Source: Bdellovibrionales bacterium (lineage in GTDB: Bacteria > Bdellovibrionota > Bdellovibrionia > Bdellovibrionales > UBA1609). From it: a stretch of 64,000 bases of DNA. The notes below the pieces were generated by a model. The model did no database searches and had not been told where the DNA came from. It was given only the letters and a program-made list of their open reading frames with translations. Below, in pieces: positions 10,044 through 19,504 of this stretch. How positions within the stretch are numbered: the stretch's first letter is position 1; each line of letters opens with the position of its first letter. The stretch lies in assembly GCA_965219095.1 (NCBI GenBank), contig CBDCMT010000001.1:1792001-1856000 (forward strand), written 5' to 3'. The position numbers were made by a program, and so were the translations under genes.

Positions 10044-10319
10044 CTATCCCTCTTCTTTTAAAGTAGATATGAAATCTTTTATTTTTTCTTGGTGGTTCTT
10101 GTTTTGAGAAAGCTCCTTTATCTTGTATTCAAGAGGGGTCATTTCTTCTAAAACCTCCTTTAGAAAAGATTCCTCCTGGTTTTCTAAGGCTCTTTGGAAT
10201 AAAAGACTTAAATCCACCTTAGATAAGCCTCTCTTTTTAAGCTCTTTTTTGAAAGATTGCATTGTTTCATATTGCTTTTCATTTAATATGATTTTTAAGG
10301 GTTTGTTTTCTTGTTTCAT
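10044..10319 (-). CDS. Small relaxosome-accessory / RHH-like protein
   Basis: 91 aa upstream of relaxase; weak resemblance to the 93/94-aa proteins at 36855 and 41868. Confidence 0.5.
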   Translation of the reverse strand: MKQENKPLKIILNEKQYETMQSFKKELKKRGLSKVDLSLLFQRALENQEESFLKEVLEEMTPLEYKIKELSQNKNHQEKIKDFISTLKEEG

Positions 10320-10990
10320 TTTAAACCTCCTTTTGTTGGTTGATTGTTAATAATGACAATTTTTACAAAAAAAGGAGCTTTTAAATAAGAAAAGCTCTCT
10401 TTTTTGTTTTCCTTAATGTAGCTTTGTAAGTCTTTAAGCTCTAAAAGTGATTGAGACACAAAGCTGTTTTTTTGTTTGCTAAGAGAGGATAGACGTCCTA
10501 AGACATAATTTAAAACTCTCCTTTTTCTCTCTCTTTTAAGTTTGAAAATTTTAAACGGTAAACTACCTTCTAAACTTTGAGCCTGAAAGTTTGTTATCAC
10601 TTGAGAATTAGGAAGTATCATTTTATTGAAATAAAACTGTACTCTCTTGAAAGAAGCTAAAAGTTTAACTTCTCCTATGAGTTTAGCACTCTTGTATTTT
10701 CCTTCTTCCACAATTCCTAAAACAGGAAGAGGCATCTCAGTGACAAAAAAATCATAGGGGATTTTAAGATTTAAAACCTCTCCCAGTAACAAGGGAGATG
10801 CTTGATTATAGATAATACGAGCTCTACTTTTTGAAGTAGCAGTTCTTAAAAGTTCTTTGGGAAGGTTTCCAGATTCCTTTACCAAAGGGAATACTTCAAG
10901 AGAGCGGAGAGGTTTTTTGCTCCAAGAAGACTTCCCCCAAGCAAAAGATACTCCTAAAAGACTTAAAACAAACCACATAAAAAACCTCAT
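10316..10990 (-). CDS. VirB10/TrbI-like T4SS protein
   Basis: Signal peptide, AKLIGEV...RVQFYFNKMILP; position in operon. Confidence 0.55.
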   Translation of the reverse strand: MRFFMWFVLSLLGVSFAWGKSSWSKKPLRSLEVFPLVKESGNLPKELLRTATSKSRARIIYNQASPLLLGEVLNLKIPYDFFVTEMPLPVLGIVEEGKYKSAKLIGEVKLLASFKRVQFYFNKMILPNSQVITNFQAQSLEGSLPFKIFKLKRERKRRVLNYVLGRLSSLSKQKNSFVSQSLLELKDLQSYIKENKKESFSYLKAPFFVKIVIINNQPTKGGLK

Positions 10991-11421
10991 CTCAGACTTC
11001 CTTTCATATGGGATCCGTCAATTTTTTTCATTGTAAGCCTAGGAGCTTTAAAGCCGGATAAAATTTTAAGATAATCTTGGTGGCTTGCTCGGTTGGCATA
11101 AACATCAAAAATAAAAAATCTTTGGTCACATTTTACAATCAAGTTTGAGCTTTGAGCTTTAGGACTTTCAAGCCATAAGTAAAGCTCTTTAGGTGAGTTT
11201 TTATCCCTATGCACTTTTAGATCATTTGCAGAGCCTAAAATGATCTTTTCAACCGCACATGGAAACTCAATGAGACTTACTCTCCCAGAATAAAGATAAA
11301 GTTTTTTATTTTTTGAAAGATCAAAAAACTGACTTAAAATCCTTTGAGGTTGAGCTCCCCATACTTCTAAAAAATAAAAAGAGCAAATAAATAAGATTAA
11401 AAATTTATAAAACCTTAACAT
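10987..11421 (-). CDS. VirB9/TraK-like T4SS protein
   Basis: Signal peptide, GRVSLIEFP...IILGS...SSNLIV pattern. Confidence 0.55.
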   Translation of the reverse strand: MLRFYKFLILFICSFYFLEVWGAQPQRILSQFFDLSKNKKLYLYSGRVSLIEFPCAVEKIILGSANDLKVHRDKNSPKELYLWLESPKAQSSNLIVKCDQRFFIFDVYANRASHQDYLKILSGFKAPRLTMKKIDGSHMKGSLR

Positions 11422-11950
11422 CTTCTACCTCCCAACCGTAAAAGTTCGTATCCGTAATTTTTGTTTTTTTTATTTGAAGAAGGATTTTTCCCTCTCTTTC
11501 TTCGCTTTTTTGATTTTTAAAAACAAGAACTTTCACTTTCACCTCATAAGTATGAGGTGAGGTTTTAGTGATTTTTACAATCTCTACAAACTGTGAAATC
11601 TTATCTTTTTTCACTTCTTCAAACACCTTGAGAAAGTAAGCTCTTTTCTCCTTCCATAACTTATCTGACATAAAGTTTCCAGCCTCTGAAATATGATCTT
11701 TAAAAGAAGCCCTATCATAAGAAAAACACAGTGTGATAAAATAAGATAAGAACACCTTTTCTGTTGTGCCCCTTTCCTCTTCCGTAAGAGCTTTTAAAAA
11801 GCCTTTTTCATTTCTCTCTAAGATGATGATCTCTTGATCACTAAAGCTTAGAAAAAGACTCGAGAAAAAACCCCAAAGAAAAAGAGAAAGAATAAGTGTG
11901 TAAAACACAAACTCATCTCTATAAAATTTTAAAAATATTTTCATGCTCAT
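11405..11950 (-). CDS. VirB8/TraE-like T4SS protein
   Basis: Single N-terminal TM and C-terminal N.YGW.V motif. Confidence 0.6.
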   Translation of the reverse strand: MSMKIFLKFYRDEFVFYTLILSLFLWGFFSSLFLSFSDQEIIILERNEKGFLKALTEEERGTTEKVFLSYFITLCFSYDRASFKDHISEAGNFMSDKLWKEKRAYFLKVFEEVKKDKISQFVEIVKITKTSPHTYEVKVKVLVFKNQKSEEREGKILLQIKKTKITDTNFYGWEVEDVKVL

Positions 11951-13059
11951 CTCCTTTCATTTTTTAAGTTTTTTGATTGGTTAGACTTGATTTCTATTTG
12001 TTTGTGTGCTTCTAAGTTCTCTTTATTAGAAGCTCTTTCAAAATTTTTCTCATAAGCTCTCTTCTGGCTGTTTTGAAACGAGCTTTCTTTTAGACCTTCA
12101 AAACTCCTAGTTTCCTTCATCATAAGCTCGTGAGGATTTTTTTGGAAATCTGGTTTGTAAGGAAGTTGCCTTTGAGAGCTTTTGAAACTCTGATGATAAG
12201 AAGCATTGTATTGCTTTGTAAGGTCTTGCTTGAAACCACCCCTAAACTGAGAACTTTTAAATTTTAAATTCCTTTTCATTCTTTTAAAGGAGTTTGAAAC
12301 TCTATGAGTGTGCCTGCTCTGTCCTGTAGCATTTAAAGTTTGAACTCTCTTTTTCTCAAAAAAAGAGGCTAAACTTAAGGCTGCTCCTCCAAGGCTTACT
12401 ATTTTCAAAGCCACACCACTCGAAAATTTCGACACAAACGAAAAAAATAAAAGCGGAAAAAAGATTTTAAGGAGACTTCCTAACATGAGAAGAATGTTGT
12501 TGGCAAAAGGATTTTCCGTAAGAAGAATGTGAACTAAAGCAAAATTCACTCCATACCAGAACACAGGCCAAAGGCTTGTAAGAACAAATACGCCTACATA
12601 CATCTTTAAAGATGTATAAGAAGATAGTGAAGAACTTAAAAAAATCAGAAAAGCACTTAAAAGAATAAGAAGTGAGATGATAAAAACATAGATTCCAAAA
12701 CTGATCCAATAAGAAATAACAGCAAACCATCTTGTAAGACGATAAACAAAAGCTCCTATAAAACCCTCACCTTGAAGAGGTATCTCAAAAACCTCACTTC
12801 CTTCAAAAAGAGAGGTGAAAAAGTAAGGGATCTTCATAGCGAGTACGACAAAATCACTGAAAAAATAAAAAAGCCCCCATAAAATAAGGCTGTCCTTTAA
12901 AATTTCAAGAAAGCCCCCTTCTTGTTTAAAGCACACAAAAGCTAAAACCACTCTTAGGAGAAAAATCAAAGGAAAAAATTTTAAAAGCTCACCCCTAAAG
13001 CTTTTGAAAATTTCAAGCATTTTTATAAAAACCTCATACTCAAAAGGAAAATCTGTCAC
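11947..13059 (-). CDS. VirB6-like polytopic membrane protein
   Basis: Multiple TM segments with a hydrophilic tail; inside the T4SS operon. Confidence 0.6.
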   Translation of the reverse strand: MTDFPFEYEVFIKMLEIFKSFRGELLKFFPLIFLLRVVLAFVCFKQEGGFLEILKDSLILWGLFYFFSDFVVLAMKIPYFFTSLFEGSEVFEIPLQGEGFIGAFVYRLTRWFAVISYWISFGIYVFIISLLILLSAFLIFLSSSLSSYTSLKMYVGVFVLTSLWPVFWYGVNFALVHILLTENPFANNILLMLGSLLKIFFPLLFFSFVSKFSSGVALKIVSLGGAALSLASFFEKKRVQTLNATGQSRHTHRVSNSFKRMKRNLKFKSSQFRGGFKQDLTKQYNASYHQSFKSSQRQLPYKPDFQKNPHELMMKETRSFEGLKESSFQNSQKRAYEKNFERASNKENLEAHKQIEIKSNQSKNLKNERR

Positions 13060-13664
13060 TTTTTTCTCCTTTCTTTAAAAGGATGAAAAGCTCCAAAACC
13101 GCTTTTTGAGTGATTTCTTATACTTTGAATCTGTTTCTCTAAGAACTCATCTTCCTCTTTTAAGAGTTGAAGCCTTCTTTTTTCTTTAGAAAGCCTTTCT
13201 CTTTCTTTTCTTATCTCTAGTAAGTACTGGTTTTTAAGGGATTCATTTAAAACAAAGTTGGTTTTCATCTGCTCGATAGCAGTAACAGCTGAAGAAGAAG
13301 CCCCTAATTGAGAAATTCTTTTTTTAAAGTTTTTAACTCTCCTTATGTAGTTGACAGAGTATCTGACCTTTTGGTGAAGGCTGTGAAGAGATTTGGAAGG
13401 GTTTAAAAGATCTAAAGTCTCTTTTGAAAGGTATTTGTACCCTCTCGCCTCCTTTGACAAAGAAGCTATGTCTTTACTTAAAAGCCTCAATTCCTTTTCT
13501 AAACTGTTATCCCCCTGCAGTTCATGAAGTAAATCTGAAAGACTTTCTAAAATCAAAGCTTTGTCTGCGATCTTTTCTAGAGGCTTAAAAAAAGAATCTA
13601 TAAAACAAGAAGCCTTTTGACAAAGAAAAAACGAAAAAAGAAAGAACATACAAACTTTCATCAT
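13056..13664 (-). CDS. VirB5-like secreted coiled-coil protein
   Basis: Signal peptide, helical; lies between virB4 and virB6. Confidence 0.45.
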   Translation of the reverse strand: MMKVCMFFLFSFFLCQKASCFIDSFFKPLEKIADKALILESLSDLLHELQGDNSLEKELRLLSKDIASLSKEARGYKYLSKETLDLLNPSKSLHSLHQKVRYSVNYIRRVKNFKKRISQLGASSSAVTAIEQMKTNFVLNESLKNQYLLEIRKERERLSKEKRRLQLLKEEDEFLEKQIQSIRNHSKSGFGAFHPFKERRKK

Positions 13665-15745
13665 GATAAGCCCTCTAAAAACCGAAACACTTGAGATAAA
13701 TTCTCATCACCGATAAAAGGATACAAGCTCCTTAGAGTTTTAAGTTTGATTAACTCTCTTGGATTTGTGGTGCTTTCTATGTACTCTTTATCGCTTAACC
13801 GCAAAAAGCCTACTTTTGAACAAAGCGAGTCCTTTAGAAAAAACTGAGAGTACTCTCCTTTTTGAGATCTCAAGGTCTTTAAAATTTCAAGCTCTTCATT
13901 TTTTAGAAAAAACCTCTCCTGAAATTCTTTTTCTTTATCATCTAGGGAAAAAAACACCTTAAATTCACTGTTGTCTAAAAGAGACTTGTCTTCTCTCACA
14001 ACTAAATCACTTGAGCTTTGAGCGATTAAAATAAGCGAAGCATTGAGCTTCCTTACGTTTTTACTTAATAATTTAAAGGTCTCAAATGAGTTTCTTATAA
14101 AGAAAGGTGTTTCATCTACAATAAAAAGAAGCTTCTCATAAGGCTCTTTAACAAGAAGCTTATGTGAAAAATCACACATAACAGAAGCTATGACTGCTTT
14201 TGCTATGTTCTTGTCTTCGGCTGTAAGAATCTCCTGGAAGTTAAAGTAATTGAGGTCTTTTAATTCAAAATCTCTTTTTGAAGAAAAGATATTCTCTCTC
14301 AACCTCCCCTTGGTCCAACGCTCTAGAAGAGCTTTTTTCTTAAAATTCTTAAGAACTTTCACAAACTCATGAAAACAAGGCCTAGTTGTTTGAGAATAGC
14401 TTATGAGCTTTTTCTCAAGTTCTCCCTCTTCTACAAAACTCATCTCATCTCCTATGAGAGTTTTTAAAAATAACATAAGCATCTCAACACTTTCTCTTTT
14501 GGAATTTAAGCATTGAAAGGGATCAAAGCCCTTAGGCTTTTCTAAGGAGATATGAAAAGCTTGCCCTTTAAGCTTTTCCACTCGTTTGGTGTAAGAACCT
14601 CTCACATCTACTAAAATCACTTTTAAATGGCTATCAGAGCATAAACTTTCTAAAAGAAGGTTCGTAAACACAGATTTTCCTCGCCCTGATTTTCCTATAA
14701 TAATGCCACAGTAATTGTCGTATTTTTTATGAAAGGGATTAAAAAGGTCTAAAGAATGATCGATTCTGTGAAAGAGAAGCCCTGAACTTAAAGGAAACAA
14801 ACTCCCCCTTGTTAAAAGAGGAAGAAAGTTTAAAAGCTCTTTATTTTGCAAAATCAGAGGAACATGAAAACTTTCTCCCGGCAAGAGGGAAAGAAAGCTT
14901 TTAAAAGCTCCCCATTTTTCCATCTTAAATTCACCTAGAAGAGAAAGAGTGTTTTTAGAGGCTGAGATGTCCTCTCTTAAGTCCTTCTCGCAGTCTCGTC
15001 TCAAAATCACATGGACTTCAAATTCAAAAAACTCGCTTCCCTGAAATTCCATCTCACACAAAGCCTCCTCACTGGCCTTGTAACGAAGAAAGCTCTCATG
15101 ACTTTGCCCTGCTCTCTCTTGAACCTTCACCCTTGAAAGAGCGTACTTTTGCTTTAAAGGATCAATTTTTTTCAATTTTATGTGGTATTCAAAGGGCAGA
15201 GGAAGCTTCTCTGTTAAAAAGATAAGATTCTCTAAACTTACATAAGAATTAGAAAGAGAGTTCATCTTAAAAGAAGCTAAATACTCTCTTTCATTAGAAA
15301 GCCCAAAAGCCTCAAGCTTTACCTTCTTAAAATCAAACAAGACTTTAAAAAAATCTTTCACAAACACAGGTTTTAATTTTAAAAACTTGTTTTCAAATTT
15401 GTTTATTTTATGCACCTTTTCTAAAACACCCTCTTCTTTGTGAAACAAAGAAACTTCCTTTTTAGAAAAAATATTAAAAAAGAGCTTTTTTCTGACAAAA
15501 CCTATTTCTTGTAAATCCTTAGACCTTTTGTTTTTGATGTCACAGTTATAGGAAAGGTGTGAAAAAAGATGAAAACTCACAAACTCACCAACTTTCAAGC
15601 TTTTGAAAAAACTCTCTAAAGAGTCTGTATAGACTTCCTTTTCAAAAGACTCAAAATCTTTCATTTCACATTTAAAGGTCTTTCCTATAAAACCATTGGA
15701 AAGCCAAACATAGTCTTTTAGTTTTTTAAACCTCTTTTCTAACAT
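13661..15745 (-). CDS. VirB4/TraC-like conjugation ATPase
   Basis: IIGKSGRGKS Walker A, VDVRGSY, IVDETP and RKLNA...AQS. Confidence 0.9.
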   Translation of the reverse strand: MLEKRFKKLKDYVWLSNGFIGKTFKCEMKDFESFEKEVYTDSLESFFKSLKVGEFVSFHLFSHLSYNCDIKNKRSKDLQEIGFVRKKLFFNIFSKKEVSLFHKEEGVLEKVHKINKFENKFLKLKPVFVKDFFKVLFDFKKVKLEAFGLSNEREYLASFKMNSLSNSYVSLENLIFLTEKLPLPFEYHIKLKKIDPLKQKYALSRVKVQERAGQSHESFLRYKASEEALCEMEFQGSEFFEFEVHVILRRDCEKDLREDISASKNTLSLLGEFKMEKWGAFKSFLSLLPGESFHVPLILQNKELLNFLPLLTRGSLFPLSSGLLFHRIDHSLDLFNPFHKKYDNYCGIIIGKSGRGKSVFTNLLLESLCSDSHLKVILVDVRGSYTKRVEKLKGQAFHISLEKPKGFDPFQCLNSKRESVEMLMLFLKTLIGDEMSFVEEGELEKKLISYSQTTRPCFHEFVKVLKNFKKKALLERWTKGRLRENIFSSKRDFELKDLNYFNFQEILTAEDKNIAKAVIASVMCDFSHKLLVKEPYEKLLFIVDETPFFIRNSFETFKLLSKNVRKLNASLILIAQSSSDLVVREDKSLLDNSEFKVFFSLDDKEKEFQERFFLKNEELEILKTLRSQKGEYSQFFLKDSLCSKVGFLRLSDKEYIESTTNPRELIKLKTLRSLYPFIGDENLSQVFRFLEGLS

Positions 15746-15998
15746 GAAGAACTCCTCTTTTTATGAATTTAACAAAAAAATAAAAAACCCCATCTCTTAT
15801 AAGTTTTTTTCGGTATTTGAGCCTTAAAGGCATGAGAATAAGAAGCGTTAAAATTACAATAACAAAACTTAAGACCTCAAGACCTAAAGGGAAAAAAATC
15901 ATTTGACTTACTATGTAAACCAAACTTAGAAATAAAAAATCTAAACTTCCAAGACCAAAAAAAGAGCTCTTTTTGTTTAAAATTTTTGAAGTTCTCAT
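15726..15998 (-). CDS. VirB3-like membrane protein
   Basis: 90 aa, two TMs, immediately upstream of virB4. Confidence 0.6.
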   Translation of the reverse strand: MRTSKILNKKSSFFGLGSLDFLFLSLVYIVSQMIFFPLGLEVLSFVIVILTLLILMPLRLKYRKKLIRDGVFYFFVKFIKRGVLHVRKEV

Positions 15999-16009
15999 AA
16001 CCTCCTCCT

Positions 16010-16324
16010 TTAATTGAATGAGTTGAAAATTAAACTAAAAATCGTGGAAGAAAGTGCAATAATAAGAGTTCCTATAGCAGCAGACTGAAGCCTCTCTAAG
16101 CCCAGCCTTTTTGAAAAATAAAAACACACACCTGAAATTAAAAATGACAAACCTCCTAAAATAATCCCTAAAGCTCTTACCGTATCAGAAATCCCTCTTA
16201 AGGAAGCTTCTAAATCACGTGCTTGAAGACAAAAACAAAATATGAAGATGAGAGTAAAAAGAATGAAAAGAAACTGCCTTCTAAAAGGACTTATTTCACT
16301 CATCTTTGTTTTAAAAATTTTCAT
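16010..16324 (-). CDS. VirB2/TrbC-like pilin
   Basis: Leader followed by two hydrophobic helices; upstream of virB3. Confidence 0.6.
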   Translation of the reverse strand: MKIFKTKMSEISPFRRQFLFILFTLIFIFCFCLQARDLEASLRGISDTVRALGIILGGLSFLISGVCFYFSKRLGLERLQSAAIGTLIIALSSTIFSLIFNSFN

Positions 16325-16887
16325 TTCACAAACTCCTTTCTTAAAAGAGGATTGATTCGAGCTGGCTTTATCTCAAAAAGATGATTTCTTCTTAAAACCC
16401 GAAAAGGCTCTATCTGTACCCAGTCTTCTCTTCCCACAACTCCCTCTAACTTATAAAGACTCCACTCCCCTGGAACTACAAGATGTTTTAAATGAGAAGG
16501 AAGTGGTTTTTTAGAAAAAGAAAGAACACCTTTTTGTAAAAGACTTTTGTTCTTTCCTAAAAAAGAAAGCCCGTTTTGTTCTTTCAAAATCTTAACCTCC
16601 TCCTTTAAGAGTTTCATTTCTTCTGTTTCTCTAAAATGATAAATCCCATAAACAGACATACCTAAACCTAAAAGACTTGAAAAAAGAATGACATTCTCTT
16701 TTTTGTTCTCTTTAAAAGAAGCACCATAAACTCCACCCACTAAAGAACTTAAAGCTATTTTCTTAAAAAGATCTTTTTTGACCTTTGCTTTTGAAACATG
16801 AGAACAAGCACATAAAAGACTTAAGAACAAAAAAAGAAGAAACCTTATAAACATGGGAGCTCCTTTTTTGATCCAAAAAGAACACAC
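16321..16887 (-). CDS. Putative lipoprotein of the transfer operon
   Basis: LCAC lipobox-like motif and glycine-zipper-like segment. Likely start MFIRF. Confidence 0.55.
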   Translation of the reverse strand: MCSFWIKKGAPMFIRFLLFLFLSLLCACSHVSKAKVKKDLFKKIALSSLVGGVYGASFKENKKENVILFSSLLGLGMSVYGIYHFRETEEMKLLKEEVKILKEQNGLSFLGKNKSLLQKGVLSFSKKPLPSHLKHLVVPGEWSLYKLEGVVGREDWVQIEPFRVLRRNHLFEIKPARINPLLRKEFVK

Positions 16888-17657
16888 ACCTTGCCGTACT
16901 CTCCGCTTTCTCCTTTTTCACCCCTCTTTCCTCTCTTACCTCTTAATCCTTTTTTTCCTGCATAAGCATGGCATAAGTGAGTTCTGTCACCTTCTCCGCT
17001 TTCACCTCCAACTCCTCCTAGTCCTCCTAAACCACCTTTACCTCCTTCTCCTCTCACAAACTCATAAGACAATTCAAAACCTTCTGTCTCCTTAGCAAAA
17101 ACTCTAAGAGTACCTGTAGCTCCTCCTGAAAAACCTTTTTTTCCTTCTCTCCCTTCTGCTCCCTCGCCACCATTTTCACCATGACGAAGACCCGGACAAT
17201 AACAATGATCCACAACAGGAGAACAACGTTCTTTAACACTCCTCCCTTTACGCCCCCTTCTTCCCCTTCCTTCAAATAACTCTAAATCACGAGCCTTCAA
17301 TCCCTCACCACCATTTTCTCCTCTTAGAACCACATGAAGTTTTCCTCTGATTCTTCCAGCTACAATAGTAAGCACAGCTCCATCTCTTCCTTTAAAACCT
17401 AACTCAGCGGTCTGATTCTCAGGAAAAGTCTCAATCACAGTGTCCTCAAAGAAAACTGTTTCCCCCTCAATACGCAAACCTCTCCCATAAGTTGTTAACA
17501 CTCCTTTAGGAAAAAAAATGTGCCTGGCTTTTAAGTGTTCTTTCTTAAGCTCTGTTATATCTAAAAACTCCTCCTCAAAAACTTGGAACTGAAAATTCCC
17601 TCCACAAGCTAAAAAGAAAACACTTAAGAAAAAGCATGTAAATTTAAAAAACCTCAT
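16845..17657 (-). CDS. Collagen-like (Gly-X-Y) lipoprotein, first gene of the transfer operon
   Basis: FLAC lipobox, Gly-X-Y runs and RBS GGGAGGAG. Confidence 0.7.
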   Translation of the reverse strand: MRFFKFTCFFLSVFFLACGGNFQFQVFEEEFLDITELKKEHLKARHIFFPKGVLTTYGRGLRIEGETVFFEDTVIETFPENQTAELGFKGRDGAVLTIVAGRIRGKLHVVLRGENGGEGLKARDLELFEGRGRRGRKGRSVKERCSPVVDHCYCPGLRHGENGGEGAEGREGKKGFSGGATGTLRVFAKETEGFELSYEFVRGEGGKGGLGGLGGVGGESGEGDRTHLCHAYAGKKGLRGKRGKRGEKGESGEYGKVCVLFGSKKELPCL

Positions 17658-17914
17658 AACTCCTCCCTTCTTTAAACCTTATGTCTTATGTCTTTTGTAT
17701 TTTGTCTGTACTGTCTAAAAACCCCGTCCTCTCCCTTATAGAGAAACACTACTGGTTCTTCTATCTTTATAAGAGCCTTAAACTCTTTTTTTGTTCTTTG
17801 CTTCATACACACTCCTTTCTTTTTGGTTTTATAAAAGAGTTCTTTTTATAAAACTTTTTGCTACAATAAAGTTTTAAATGAAAAAAAAAGGTTTTTTTTA
17901 TTTTTTTTTGAAAA

Positions 17915-18050
17915 TTTGCATATTTGTTACAAATTTGCTGAATCCGATACATTTGTAACAGATCTGTTACATTTGTAACATATATGCAAATTTGTAACAT
18001 ATATGTTACATTTGTAACAAATATGCAAATTTGTAACAAATATGCAACAT
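17915..18050. repeat. Array of ~19-20-bp palindromic repeats (TGTTACATTTGTAACA / TGCAAATTTGTAACA)
   Basis: About 6-7 units between the divergent transfer operon and the HTH gene. Confidence 0.85.
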
Positions 18051-18249
18051 TCAAACAACATTCAAGTCTGTATTTATTTCAAACAGATTCTTAAAAGTTT
18101 GCATATATGCAAACAATAGCTTGGGTTTTTAGAGAAATTTAAAGAAAACAGATCAATATCTTTACTTTATATTATGAAATTGATATAAAAAACATTGAGA
18201 TAGTAATATAAATTTGTTTAGTAACAAAAACCAAAAAGGAGGGAATAGT

Positions 18250-18639
18250 ATGAGAATGGGAAGTAAGATTTTAGAGCTTATGCATGCCCAACAGATCAAT
18301 GCAAATGAGCTATCTGATCTTTCTGGTGTAGGACGGGCTACTTTAAGCCGGTTTTTAAACACTCGTTCAGACATAGGTACAACTAAGCTCGTAAACCTAC
18401 TGTATTCTTTAGACGTAGACTTAGATCAAATGATTGAAGATAGAAAGAACAGTCTAGATAAAAATAAAACAAGACACACTGTGAATTCTGATGTCTTAGA
18501 GGTATTTTGGAACTTGTCAAAAGTAACGAGAAGAGGTGTTTTATTAACGCTTGTTAGAGACCGCAAAAAAGGCAGAGGCTTAAAAATGAAACAAGCTGTT
18601 TTGAGACTTAATTCGTATGTGAAAGGAGAGTTATGTTAG
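18250..18639 (+). CDS. XRE/HTH_3 transcriptional regulator
   Basis: ELSDLSGVGRATLSRFLN HTH; RBS GGAGG before ATG at 18250. Confidence 0.8.
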   Translation: MRMGSKILELMHAQQINANELSDLSGVGRATLSRFLNTRSDIGTTKLVNLLYSLDVDLDQMIEDRKNSLDKNKTRHTVNSDVLEVFWNLSKVTRRGVLLTLVRDRKKGRGLKMKQAVLRLNSYVKGELC

Positions 18640-19163
18640 AATCAGGAAATCAACAATTAAACAAAGAAAATAAAAATTTTGATGAAATTCTAGATGTCTA
18701 TCATAGTAATTCCGTGTGGCAAGCTCTTCATGCTCTGATTACAGTTCGACCCCTATCAGAAAATCAACAAAAAATAGCTAAAATTTTTGATGTGTCTTTA
18801 GAAGATATTGTAGAGGCGATAGAAGGTCTCATCACTTTAGGACTTGTAGTTTATGAGACAGGAGCATACAAAGCTAAAAAACAGAGCTTTATCTATAGAA
18901 CTCAAAAAGAAGACCTCGTTCAAGGACATAAAGATCAAGCACGAGAGATTATAAACAGGTTTTCTATAAATAAAGGCCTAGGAGCAAACTATCATTTTAG
19001 CTCAAACAAAGAACATATGAATCGGTTTAGACAGGAATTTTCAAAGTTAGTGAAAACAACTTTAATCGATAAAGGAAATGTAAACCCTGATGGGATTTAT
19101 GGTATTACAATGACAGCTGTCAACTTTATAGGGGATCTTAACAGCACAAAGGAGGCTTTATGA
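18633..19163 (+). CDS. DUF4423 / TIGR02147 C-terminal-like protein
   Basis: W.ALHAL...IAKIFDVS.EDI.EAIE.LITLGLV...H...IYGITM pattern. Confidence 0.6.
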   Translation: MLESGNQQLNKENKNFDEILDVYHSNSVWQALHALITVRPLSENQQKIAKIFDVSLEDIVEAIEGLITLGLVVYETGAYKAKKQSFIYRTQKEDLVQGHKDQAREIINRFSINKGLGANYHFSSNKEHMNRFRQEFSKLVKTTLIDKGNVNPDGIYGITMTAVNFIGDLNSTKEAL

Positions 19164-19504
19164 AAAAAATAGGTTTAACTTTAATTTTTGGAAGTGTGTT
19201 GAGCTTCAGTTTTTCAGTTTTTTGCGGAGGAGGTGGTGGAGAAATAGGAACCTTTTCTTCTGTAAAAGAAAGAGAGTTTGAAAGTTATTTAACAAGCGAA
19301 AACTTCAATGGTTTTTCTACAATCATTGCAAGCTATAATAAAGTTGCAAATAGGAATGATGAACTTTCTGATGAAGAAGAAAAAAGAATGAGACTGATTC
19401 AAGACTATCTTGAGTTTCTGGGCTTAGATAAAAATAACGAATCACTTATTCAAAATGTTCGTTTGGCTTTTGAAGAGGAGGCAGAGAATCAAATTGAGAT
19501 TTAA
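19160..19504 (+). CDS. Small secreted acidic protein
   Basis: Signal peptide followed by CGGGGGEIG; ATGA overlap with the upstream gene. Confidence 0.65.
   Translation: MKKIGLTLIFGSVLSFSFSVFCGGGGGEIGTFSSVKEREFESYLTSENFNGFSTIIASYNKVANRNDELSDEEEKRMRLIQDYLEFLGLDKNNESLIQNVRLAFEEEAENQIEI

Larger units (their letters stand above)
5442..19504. mobile_element. Integrative conjugative element backbone inserted at tRNA-Pro (far boundary not seen; cargo continues downstream)
   Basis: Integrase and xis next to the tRNA 3' end, followed by relaxase, coupling protein, T4SS operon and regulators. Confidence 0.8.

Noticed and set aside
17915..18050. Possible CRISPR array
   Set aside because: Units are contiguous with no unique spacers, and no cas genes are present.
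17803..18054. 83-aa repetitive ORF
   Set aside because: By-product of the palindrome array; no RBS.
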